Below, piece after piece: positions 1-6,622 of a stretch of 64,000 nucleotides of DNA. Source of the stretch: a virus; IMG/VR virus record IMGVR_UViG_3300045988_165974, positions 64,001-128,000 of that record; one strand, written 5' to 3'. The position numbers and the translations under genes are program-made. The notes beneath the pieces are model-generated. The model made no database searches and was not told where the DNA came from. It was given only the letters and a program-made list of their open reading frames with translations. Within the stretch, counting starts at the first letter, position 1; each line of letters opens with the position of its first letter.

Positions 1-45
1 GTCCGTGTAAAAGGTGATGGCAAATTATAAAGGGGGATAAAAAAG

Positions 46-213
46 ATGAAAAAAAGAATTATAGCAATTTCAGGATTATTAGTAATAGGAATGATGGTAT
101 TTCATAAGCCATTAAGCTTAAAAGCTATGGATATAGTAGACTATTATGGAGAAAAAACTGGTAAAAATGTTGTATCCGTGATAGACTTTTTAAATGAAGT
201 TTATTATCTATAA
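46..213 (+). CDS. small protein (55 aa) with hydrophobic signal/TM-like N-terminus
   Basis: Below the ORF-track cutoff. ATG follows an AGGGGGA RBS. Starts MKKRIIAISGLLVIGMMVF. Open frame ends at TAA 211-213. Confidence 0.45.
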   Translation: MKKRIIAISGLLVIGMMVFHKPLSLKAMDIVDYYGEKTGKNVVSVIDFLNEVYYL

Positions 214-323
214 ATGATGGGACTTTCAAAGTCCCTATATGGTAGTAATTGGTTCGCCTCCACGTGGCACTACTGGAAACAAGTTTACTTGGCTAAGAAC
301 CAAAAAAAGAAGGGATAAAAAAG

Positions 324-644
324 ATGATAAAAAAGATTGAAGAAAAAATTAAAGAATTAGGCTTCGTTGTAGGTTGTTACAATGATAAAATTGATGACAT
401 TTTAACTCCAGGAGCAACACGTAAAGTTTGTGGGTTACTAGAAGAAGAATACACAGACGAATTGATGCGAATTAGAGGTAAACTATATAAAGTCTGTATA
501 GCAACTGTTGACAATGAAAAAGATATCAATATATATCATGCATTAGACTATTACAGACAATACGGAGAAGAACATCTGGATAATGACTATGAAGAAAAAA
601 TGATGACTTTAAAGGAATATAAAGCTTTAAAAATGATGGTATAA
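324..644 (+). CDS. hypothetical small early protein
   Basis: ORF track; GAAGGGA RBS upstream. Confidence 0.6.
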   Translation: MIKKIEEKIKELGFVVGCYNDKIDDILTPGATRKVCGLLEEEYTDELMRIRGKLYKVCIATVDNEKDINIYHALDYYRQYGEEHLDNDYEEKMMTLKEYKALKMMV

Positions 645-721
645 GGCAAAAAATTCGAAACCGTGGGTTTTCCACGGTCTACAAATGATAGGCTAATTGT
701 ACTGACGAGATAGCCTTTGTC
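645..721 (+). ncRNA. type II hammerhead ribozyme HH1
   Basis: Open stem II ggcaaa/tttgtc. Core C-GAAA-C. Stem III cgtggg-tttt-ccacg. GUC cleavage triplet ends at 679. Stem I tacaa/ttgta. Core CUGACGA-G. Loop I aggcta is complementary to tagcct in stem II (pseudoknot). Confidence 0.85.
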
Positions 722-754
722 TTTTGTAAAAATGATGATGAAAAGGGGATAAGA

Positions 755-1042
755 ATGATGAGAGAACATGCAATATATAAAGATTATATCAGATATATAG
801 GAGATGGATTTAATTTTTCAGAATTATATTCATATGAAGACGGTAAAGAATTACATTTCAATAAATTTATGGATTATTGGGAAGACTCTAAAACTGGTAG
901 ATTTTATCGTTGGAAAAATTCAAAAGATAATAAAATTATAAAAGAATGTCATGAAGAAACGCTTGATTATTTTGGATTTAAATCTAGTCGACTAAATGAT
1001 GATAAAGAATCTTTAGAAGATGAAGAATATCTACCATTCTAA
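755..1042 (+). CDS. hypothetical small early protein
   Basis: ORF track; GGGGA RBS; the start could also be the second ATG at 758. Confidence 0.6.
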   Translation: MMREHAIYKDYIRYIGDGFNFSELYSYEDGKELHFNKFMDYWEDSKTGRFYRWKNSKDNKIIKECHEETLDYFGFKSSRLNDDKESLEDEEYLPF

Positions 1043-1046
1043 TGAA

Positions 1047-1124
1047 GGTAATAAATTCGAAACAAGGGATTTTCCCTTGTCTGTAAATGATAGGCTCTTT
1101 ATACTGACGAGATAGCCTATTACC
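1047..1124 (+). ncRNA. type II hammerhead ribozyme HH2
   Basis: Open stem II ggtaat/attacc. C-GAAA-C. Stem III aaggga-tttt-cccttg. GUC ends at 1081. Stem I tgtaa/ttata (one G-U pair). CUGACGA-G. Pseudoknot aggct/agcct. Confidence 0.85.
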
Positions 1125-1153
1125 TTTACAATAGAAATGAAGGGGGATTAAAG

Positions 1154-1408
1154 ATGATGAAAAATTTAGAGTGTGTATATGATAGCAGAAAATCATTTTA
1201 TGGAAAGGCAAAAGTTGAAACTAATTCAAATGAAGGTATAATTACTTTATATAGCTACGGAACAAAAGTAGCTTGTATAAAAGATGGTAAACCAGAACTT
1301 TTATGGAATGGATATTCCCAAACAACTTACAGACATATAGCCGAATTCTTTAAACAAAATGGTTTTATGGAATATAGTTCAAAAGCAGTAATTCAAACTT
1401 TATTGTAA
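1154..1408 (+). CDS. hypothetical protein (84 aa)
   Basis: ORF track; GGGGGA RBS. Confidence 0.6.
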   Translation: MMKNLECVYDSRKSFYGKAKVETNSNEGIITLYSYGTKVACIKDGKPELLWNGYSQTTYRHIAEFFKQNGFMEYSSKAVIQTLL

Positions 1409-1416
1409 TTTTTTAA

Positions 1417-1445
1417 TTGACATTTTTACACAAAAATGATACTAT
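1417..1445 (+). promoter_or_regulatory. sigma-A type promoter
   Basis: TTGACA, 17-nt spacer, TACTAT. Belongs to the repeated promoter family. Confidence 0.6.
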
Positions 1446-1551
1446 TAAATCAAGAGGAGTAATCCCCTGGTTCTTAATGCAGTAGCTAATAGCTAGAGGT
1501 CGCAACTCCTCATAAAACATATGCAGAGCGAGAAAATGAAAGGGGATAAAG

Positions 1552-1998
1552 ATGATGAAAATAAAAGAATTATATGAAAACATTAGTAACTGTTTAGATT
1601 GGATTAAAATCAATAATAGTGATTTAAAAGACATATTTGAAGGTGCTAAGGCATTAAGAAGAGGAATTCAAGTCCTAGAATATGACAAAGAAATGATAGG
1701 CAAAATTGATGATAACTATTTTATTTCAAATTTTATTATGGATATTTTAGAAAAAAATCTTCCAGAGTACCAATTAAGTTTAGACATGATTGATGACATT
1801 TTAGAAGAACTAGATATAGATGATGATACTTTAGAAGAATTAGATGAAAGCGAATTTGAAAATCATGTTATAATCAAAAATACTTTCGTAGATGTAAAAG
1901 AGTCAATTTCTTTTGATGATTACTGGGATGGATTAGACTTTGATAGTCTTTTAAAAAGATTTGAGTTTGCAAAAGAGGAAATTGGTTACTTATTATAA
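1552..1998 (+). CDS. strongly acidic hypothetical protein
   Basis: ORF track; GGGGA RBS; D/E-rich throughout (runs such as LEELDIDDDTLEELDESE). Confidence 0.6.
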   Translation: MMKIKELYENISNCLDWIKINNSDLKDIFEGAKALRRGIQVLEYDKEMIGKIDDNYFISNFIMDILEKNLPEYQLSLDMIDDILEELDIDDDTLEELDESEFENHVIIKNTFVDVKESISFDDYWDGLDFDSLLKRFEFAKEEIGYLL

Positions 1999-2088
1999 GT
2001 TTAAATTCGAAACAGGGAATACAGGAAATCCTGTATTGCTTGTCTATAAGTAACAGGCTGCTTGTACTGATGATGATAGCCTAAGCTT
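1997..2088 (+). ncRNA. type II hammerhead ribozyme HH3 (variant core)
   Basis: Open stem II aagttt/aagctt. C-GAAA-C. Long stem III agggaatacagg-aaat-cctgtattgcttg. GUC ends at 2044. Stem I tataa/ttgta. The core is CUGAUGA followed by an extra U before GAUAGCC. Pseudoknot aggct/agcct. Confidence 0.7.
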
Positions 2089-2115
2089 ATAAATATAACG
2101 ATAAAAGGGGATAAA

Positions 2116-2373
2116 ATGATGAACAATTTAAAATGGCAAAAACTTATAAGTAATTTGGATACAGAAGAAGGTAGACAAGAGTTTATAAAAATTGCTTCTT
2201 CTGGAATGTATTCAGGTGAAAATATTGATGGTGAAAAAGTCATAACCATTGTTTCTCAGGGAGTGGGAATGATAGTAAAAACTAAACATCACGAAAAGCC
2301 AAACTGGTGGGAATGTGTTGATTATGACGAACTTGGCTGCATGGAGTGTGTAACATACGAAAGAGCCGAATAA
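2116..2373 (+). CDS. hypothetical protein (85 aa)
   Basis: ORF track; GGGGA RBS. Confidence 0.6.
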   Translation: MMNNLKWQKLISNLDTEEGRQEFIKIASSGMYSGENIDGEKVITIVSQGVGMIVKTKHHEKPNWWECVDYDELGCMECVTYERAE

Positions 2374-2376
2374 ATT

Positions 2377-2468
2377 GAAGGATAAATTCGAAACAAGTGA
2401 TACGGGTTTTCTGTATTACTTGTCTATAAGGTTAAGCTACTTATACTGACGAGATAGCTTAATCCTTC
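2377..2468 (+). ncRNA. type II hammerhead ribozyme HH4
   Basis: Open stem II gaaggat/atccttc. C-GAAA-C. Stem III aagtgatacgg-gttt-tctgtattacttg. GUC ends at 2424. Stem I tataa/ttata. CUGACGA-G. The pseudoknot covaries (aagcta/tagctt, versus aggcta/tagcct in HH1). Confidence 0.85.
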
Positions 2469-2491
2469 TAAAATGAAAGGGGATAAAAAAG

Positions 2492-3019
2492 ATGATGAAA
2501 AAAGAAAACATTGAAAGATTTTTAAAGTTATTAAATTCAGAAGAAATAAGCGATAAAATAAAAGATATGTATCTTGACTTACTAGAGAGTCATATAGATG
2601 ATGACCTTGGAGTCAAAATAGAAATCATATTAAGCCTAGATGGAGAAGTAGATAACAGATTTTTTACAGGTAATTCAACTAGAATGGACGTATATGAAGG
2701 CAACTCAATTGTTGTGGCAGCCATCAGACATGATGTAAATATTACTGATGAAATGATGGGAGAAATAGTCGATGTATTAAGTAATGATGTATATGAAGAA
2801 TTTGTTCAATATCTTTATGGATTAGACGATATTCCAGAAGAAGAGCAAGAAGAATATCTTGAAGAAAATCTTACTTGGGATAATTTCTATGACTTTGATT
2901 CTATAATATATGGAGAAATTCAGAGAGAAGCTTGGGAAAACAATGTTGACTACTATGGAAATGAAGAAATTGACCAAAAGCTTTATGAATGTATTCAACA
3001 ATTAGAAAATCTTTTATAG
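2492..3019 (+). CDS. strongly acidic hypothetical protein
   Basis: ORF track; GGGGA RBS; D/E-rich with no recognisable catalytic motif. Confidence 0.6.
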   Translation: MMKKENIERFLKLLNSEEISDKIKDMYLDLLESHIDDDLGVKIEIILSLDGEVDNRFFTGNSTRMDVYEGNSIVVAAIRHDVNITDEMMGEIVDVLSNDVYEEFVQYLYGLDDIPEEEQEEYLEENLTWDNFYDFDSIIYGEIQREAWENNVDYYGNEEIDQKLYECIQQLENLL

Positions 3020-3038
3020 GAGCAGCAATGCTCCACTC

Positions 3039-3098
3039 TAAACTCACTTGGCACATGTCAAAAGGTCCAAAGTCCTTGAAAAGAGTGATGGGAGTAAA
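3039..3098 (+). ncRNA. conserved three-way-junction RNA element, copy A (class unknown)
   Basis: UAA, then P1 ACUC/GAGU, P2 UUGGC-ACAU-GUCAA, and P3 AAGG/CCUU with loop UCCAAAGU. 3' tail GAUGGGAGUAAA. Same architecture as copy B, with compensatory changes in all three helices. Confidence 0.6.
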
Positions 3099-3156
3099 GG
3101 CGAAGTTACCAAAATGCTCGTCTAAATATAATGGTAACAATAAAAAGGGGGTAAAT

Positions 3157-3471
3157 ATGAAGGTATATTTAGGAAATGCATTTAGTTTGCAAATGATAAG
3201 TACAACAAAGGATACAGACATAAGAGTTTCACCAGTTGATGTTCAAACTGTAAAAGATAGTGATTTTATATCAATTGTAGGTCATCAAGATACTGCATCT
3301 GTAGTTGGAAACATCTTAGGAAAAGATGTACCTTGCAATCGAGTTTCTGTTAGTTTGAGTAAAGGAGATATTTTATATGTAGCACAAATTGTTGGTGGCA
3401 GACTTCCTGTGGGAGCTACTTGTTTACCAAACGGCTTTAAATTAACATTCTTGAAAGTAACTATCTTGTAA
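3157..3471 (+). CDS. DUF1874-like (STIV B116-like) protein
   Basis: Internal ATG with a GGGGG RBS, chosen over the track start at 2989, which would read through the RNA element. Pattern GH-x2-TA...LG...NR...GD...RLP matches my recollection of the DUF1874 family. Confidence 0.6.
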   Translation: MKVYLGNAFSLQMISTTKDTDIRVSPVDVQTVKDSDFISIVGHQDTASVVGNILGKDVPCNRVSVSLSKGDILYVAQIVGGRLPVGATCLPNGFKLTFLKVTIL

Positions 3472-3537
3472 ATAATATGAGGTTTGGGAGTCCTTTTAAA
3501 ACTCCCCCTAAATATGAAAATGAAGGGAGAAATAAAA

Positions 3538-3675
3538 ATGGAAGAAAAAAGAGAAATGACAATAGAAGAAGAATTTGAAAAACATATGAAGACTATGGAA
3601 GGACATGTATGCTACGGTTGTAGTGGTTGTAAATTTGCTTTCTATGGAGTTTGTCCATATGCTTTAGAGGGGTAA
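3538..3675 (+). CDS. small Cys-rich protein (CYGCSGC...C)
   Basis: ATG with a GAAGGGAG RBS, in frame within track ORF 3484..3675. Confidence 0.5.
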   Translation: MEEKREMTIEEEFEKHMKTMEGHVCYGCSGCKFAFYGVCPYALEG

Positions 3676-3689
3676 AACCTCTCTTGCTT

Positions 3690-3747
3690 TAAACTAGCCA
3701 CCAGAAGGTGAGAGTCCAAAGCCTCTGTGAATAGTGATGGGAGTAAA
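3690..3747 (+). ncRNA. conserved three-way-junction RNA element, copy B
   Basis: UAA, then P1 ACUA/UAGU, P2 CACC-AGAA-GGUG, and P3 AGAG/CUCU with loop UCCAAAGC. 3' tail GAUGGGAGUAAA. Junction lengths are identical to copy A. Confidence 0.6.
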
Positions 3748-3766
3748 TAAAAGGGGGTAAACGATA

Positions 3767-3967
3767 ATGATGAAGAATGAAAATAATTTTGAAAGGATAA
3801 TATGTGATAGCTTATGGGACATAAAACAGAATTATCCAAATATTGAATTGTCTAAACATCTATTCTATATAGACACCTTTGAAAGATTAGGATATGGCAA
3901 AAAAGGAATAGAAATAACTTTAAATAACAATGATAAGTATATTATTACTAAAGTTGAAAATGATTAA
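3767..3967 (+). CDS. hypothetical protein (66 aa)
   Basis: ORF track; GGGGG RBS. Confidence 0.55.
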   Translation: MMKNENNFERIICDSLWDIKQNYPNIELSKHLFYIDTFERLGYGKKGIEITLNNNDKYIITKVEND

Positions 3968-3968
3968 T

Positions 3969-4063
3969 ATAGTCTAAATTCGAAACAGAGGAAAGAATGA
4001 AGGTTCTTTTCTTTGTCTATAATAAGATAGGCTCTTTATACTGATGATGATAGCCTAGACTAT
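3969..4063 (+). ncRNA. type II hammerhead ribozyme HH5 (variant core)
   Basis: Open stem II atagtct/agactat. C-GAAA-C. Stem III agaggaaagaa-tgaagg-ttcttttctttg. GUC ends at 4017. Stem I tataa/ttata. CUGAUGA plus an extra U, as in HH3. Pseudoknot aggct/agcct. Confidence 0.7.
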
Positions 4064-4205
4064 TATAAAAGGTTAGATAAAATGCTATCAAGAACTCATG
4101 AAAGTGAGTGTTGAATATATTATCATTTTTTGGGAGAGGGTTGCCCTCTCCTATCCCCAATATAGTAGATAAATGATAGTGATATCATTAAATATATATT
4201 ATGTA

Positions 4206-4235
4206 ATCTCTCCAATTGAGAGGTTATTTTTTTTT
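4206..4235 (+). terminator. rho-independent terminator ending the ribozyme-containing operon
   Basis: Stem atctctc/gagaggt with loop caatt, followed by a T9 run. Confidence 0.7.
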
Positions 4236-4256
4236 ACTTAAATTTATAAAAAGTAC

Positions 4257-4285
4257 TTGCAAGTCTTACACAAAAATGCTACAAT
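4257..4285 (+). promoter_or_regulatory. sigma-A type promoter
   Basis: TTGCAA, 17-nt spacer, TACAAT. The spacer resembles that of the promoter at 1417. Confidence 0.55.
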
Positions 4286-4307
4286 TAAATCAAAGGTGGT
4301 GAAGAAT

Positions 4308-4631
4308 ATGAAATACAATTCAATGGAAATACATGACAGAACTTGGAACTTATTTAATCCAAATAAAAAATATAAATGGAGTGACATTTACAAAAATGAA
4401 GAAGAAATGATAGCAGATTTACATTATGTTGAATCAGATGCTTATGAAAAGGTACTTAATCCATCTGCTCCAATTTATGTTGGTTATCAATATATTCACT
4501 CTTTTGCAAAACAAGTAAAAGAAGGTAAAGAATTAAGTAAAAAACAAATAACTCAATGTAAAAGATTAGCAAAAGAAATTAAAAAGGCTAGAGTATTTGG
4601 AGAATATATAAGAGAAATAAAAGAACAATAA
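4308..4631 (+). CDS. hypothetical protein
   Basis: ATG with a GGTGGTGA RBS, in frame within track ORF 4257..4631. Confidence 0.6.
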   Translation: MKYNSMEIHDRTWNLFNPNKKYKWSDIYKNEEEMIADLHYVESDAYEKVLNPSAPIYVGYQYIHSFAKQVKEGKELSKKQITQCKRLAKEIKKARVFGEYIREIKEQ

Positions 4632-4667
4632 CAGAGCCCTCATTAGGGGGTTCTTAGGAGGTATAAT

Positions 4668-4958
4668 ATGAACAATATTTCTTTAGTGCAGCTTAGAAAA
4701 GATTATGATTATCTAAATAGCAAAATTTCTTATCATGTGTTAAATGAAGACGAATTATTAAATGAAGTTGTTCCTAAAATGTTGAGTGGGAAAATGGATT
4801 TAAAAAACTTTATTCTGTGGGCAATAAAAGATACGATAAAATATGTAGTAGAAGACAGAGAGGCAATGAACACAAAAGAAGACATTGAATTTATTGAATC
4901 AGATAAAAGATTTAAAAGGATTCTTGACAGATACGATATTGATATAGAGGAGGTTTAA
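4668..4958 (+). CDS. hypothetical protein, paralog of the next gene
   Basis: ORF track; GGAGG RBS. Shares the L-W-I-D-I...V...F...D-R-KRI pattern with 4960..5280. Confidence 0.6.
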   Translation: MNNISLVQLRKDYDYLNSKISYHVLNEDELLNEVVPKMLSGKMDLKNFILWAIKDTIKYVVEDREAMNTKEDIEFIESDKRFKRILDRYDIDIEEV

Positions 4959-4959
4959 T

Positions 4960-5280
4960 ATGAATATAGAGCAACAATTAAAAGGATTAGAAATAAAACA
5001 ATCTACAACTACTCTAAGAGCAGATTTTGAATATTTAGATGATAATATCAATTGGTATCTAATTGATGAAGCAATATTAGTAACAGAAATTGCTCCAGGA
5101 TTGCAATATGGAACATTAAATCTAAAACAATTTTTGCTTTGGAGCATCTGGGACATTATTGCTTTTGTTATTATAGAAAATCATGACGAAGATGATGTTA
5201 ATTTTGTTAAAACAGACAGTAGGGTTAAAAGAATCATAAGAAAATATGGTTTAAAAGAAAGCATAGAAGAATTAATATAG
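4960..5280 (+). CDS. hypothetical protein, paralog of the previous gene
   Basis: ORF track; GGAGG RBS; tandem paralog. Confidence 0.6.
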   Translation: MNIEQQLKGLEIKQSTTTLRADFEYLDDNINWYLIDEAILVTEIAPGLQYGTLNLKQFLLWSIWDIIAFVIIENHDEDDVNFVKTDSRVKRIIRKYGLKESIEELI

Positions 5281-5291
5281 GAGGAGTAGAT

Positions 5292-5579
5292 ATGAAATAT
5301 AGAATATGGTGGATACCGCAAGTAGGATATGAAGGTACTTTTTATGTACCTGTAAATTCTCCAGAAGAAGGATTAAAAATGATGTCAGTTTTAGGAGCAT
5401 ATGATTTATTTCAATTAAAGAATAATATTAAACCAGACTTTTCAAATACAGGTGGCTTAGAAGTCTTTGAAAACGGAGAATGGGTAGATTACTATGACGA
5501 AGACGGCAGAGATATAGATGAACATTTTGAAGAAGATGTGGATATGCAAGACTTTATAGAAAAAGTTTATAATTTTTAA
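5292..5579 (+). CDS. hypothetical protein
   Basis: ORF track; GGAGGAG RBS. Confidence 0.6.
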   Translation: MKYRIWWIPQVGYEGTFYVPVNSPEEGLKMMSVLGAYDLFQLKNNIKPDFSNTGGLEVFENGEWVDYYDEDGRDIDEHFEEDVDMQDFIEKVYNF

Positions 5580-5613
5580 AAGGAATAATTACAAAAGGGG
5601 TGGGGGTAAGACT

Positions 5614-6453
5614 ATGAAACAATTAGAGGATTTAACAGGAATGAAGTTTGGACTATTAACTGTAATAGAACTCGACCATAGAGAAAATGGTCACTCATAT
5701 TATAAATGCAAATGTGAGTGTGGCAATGAATGTATTATATATTCATATAGCCTTAAAAATGGGAATACAAGAAGTTGTGGCTGTTTAAGAAAAAAGGAAT
5801 CAGAAGATTTAACTGGTAAAAAATTTGGTATGCTTACAGCTATAGAAAAGGTTAAATCTAATGATGATAGTCATAAAAGCTATTGGAAGTGGCAATGTGA
5901 GTGTGGTAATCAAAAAATTATAAGAGCTGACTCAGTTAAAAGTGGTTACGTAAAGAGCTGTGGTTGTTTAAATAAAAAAAATCAACTTGATATTCCAGAA
6001 GGTAGTAGATACGGGAAACTTACAGTTATTAAAAAAGTAGGACAAAATAAACAAAATTATATTATGTATAAATGCAAATGTGATTGTGGTAATACAGTAA
6101 TTGTTAAAGGTTCTAGTTTATGTAGGGGAGCAACTCAATCTTGTGGATGTATAGCTACAGAACGTATTAAAAAGATGCAGCCTATTGCAAAAGACGTCGG
6201 AAGATATGCTGGAACTAAAATTGGTATTATTAGTAATAATAAACTGAATAGGAACAACACTAGCGGAACAAAAGGTGTTTACTACATTAAACAACGTGAT
6301 AAATGGAGAGCCGCTATAGGGTTTAGGGGTAAAACTATACATTTAGGAGAGTTTAAAAACAAAGAAGATGCTATTGAAGCTAGAAAAAAAGCAGAATTAA
6401 AATATTTCAAGCCAATAATAGAAGAATATAACGAGATTAAAGGAAATAATTAA
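5614..6453 (+). CDS. AP2-domain DNA-binding protein with three N-terminal Cys4 repeats
   Basis: Three repeats of LTG-KFG-LT-I...C-CECGN...SCGCL. The C-terminal SGTKGVYY..RDKWRAAIGFRGKTIHLGEF...EDAIEARKKAE is AP2-like. Confidence 0.75.
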   Translation: MKQLEDLTGMKFGLLTVIELDHRENGHSYYKCKCECGNECIIYSYSLKNGNTRSCGCLRKKESEDLTGKKFGMLTAIEKVKSNDDSHKSYWKWQCECGNQKIIRADSVKSGYVKSCGCLNKKNQLDIPEGSRYGKLTVIKKVGQNKQNYIMYKCKCDCGNTVIVKGSSLCRGATQSCGCIATERIKKMQPIAKDVGRYAGTKIGIISNNKLNRNNTSGTKGVYYIKQRDKWRAAIGFRGKTIHLGEFKNKEDAIEARKKAELKYFKPIIEEYNEIKGNN

Positions 6454-6487
6454 TATTCCAAAATAAAAAATAAAATATATAAGGGAT

Positions 6488-6520
6488 AGAGCAGCTTAAT
6501 TGCTGCTTTATTTTTTTTTA
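6488..6520 (+). terminator. rho-independent terminator
   Basis: Stem agagcagc/gctgcttt followed by a T-run. Confidence 0.7.
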
Positions 6521-6539
6521 TAAAAATTCCATATAATAG

Positions 6540-6568
6540 TTGACATACTTACATAAAAGTATTAATAT
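6540..6568 (+). promoter_or_regulatory. sigma-A type promoter
   Basis: TTGACA, 17-nt spacer, TAATAT. Confidence 0.6.
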
Positions 6569-6622
6569 ATAAATATAGTTAGTTTTACACAAAAACAAAA
6601 TTTCTAAAAGGGGGATGGAGAT

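Noticed and set aside
241-300. tRNA-like GGTTCG and a hammerhead-like GAAAC-hairpin (GGAAAC-AAG-UUUA-CUUG-GC) in the first intergenic region
   Set aside because: There is no cloverleaf or T-arm pairing around GGTTCG. There is no CUGANGA box or stem II, and the triplet would be GGC rather than NUH, so this is not a hammerhead.
1454-1511. Twister or pistol ribozyme assignment for the GAGGAGU...ACUCCUC element
   Set aside because: P1 followed by UAA resembles the twister entry. The P2/T1/T2 pairings and the conserved AAGC/GGG elements I remember could not be placed, and there is no pistol-type loop pseudoknot.
587-2249. Minus-strand ORFs 587..769, 984..1211, 1413..1634 and 2001..2249 from the track
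   Set aside because: They run antisense across the hammerhead ribozymes or promoter regions and overlap RBS-preceded plus-strand genes. They have no RBS and low-complexity, hydrophobic, AT-driven composition. They are spurious.
2989-3156. The N-terminal 56 codons of track ORF 2989..3471
   Set aside because: This stretch overlaps the end of the upstream gene and reads straight through the conserved three-way-junction RNA. A strong GGGGG RBS and ATG at 3157 start the DUF1874-like domain.
4133-4152. Hairpin GGAGAGGG-TTGC-CCTCTCC as a terminator
   Set aside because: A T-run precedes rather than follows it on the plus strand, and the minus strand has an A-run after it. The real terminator is the next hairpin at 4206-4235.
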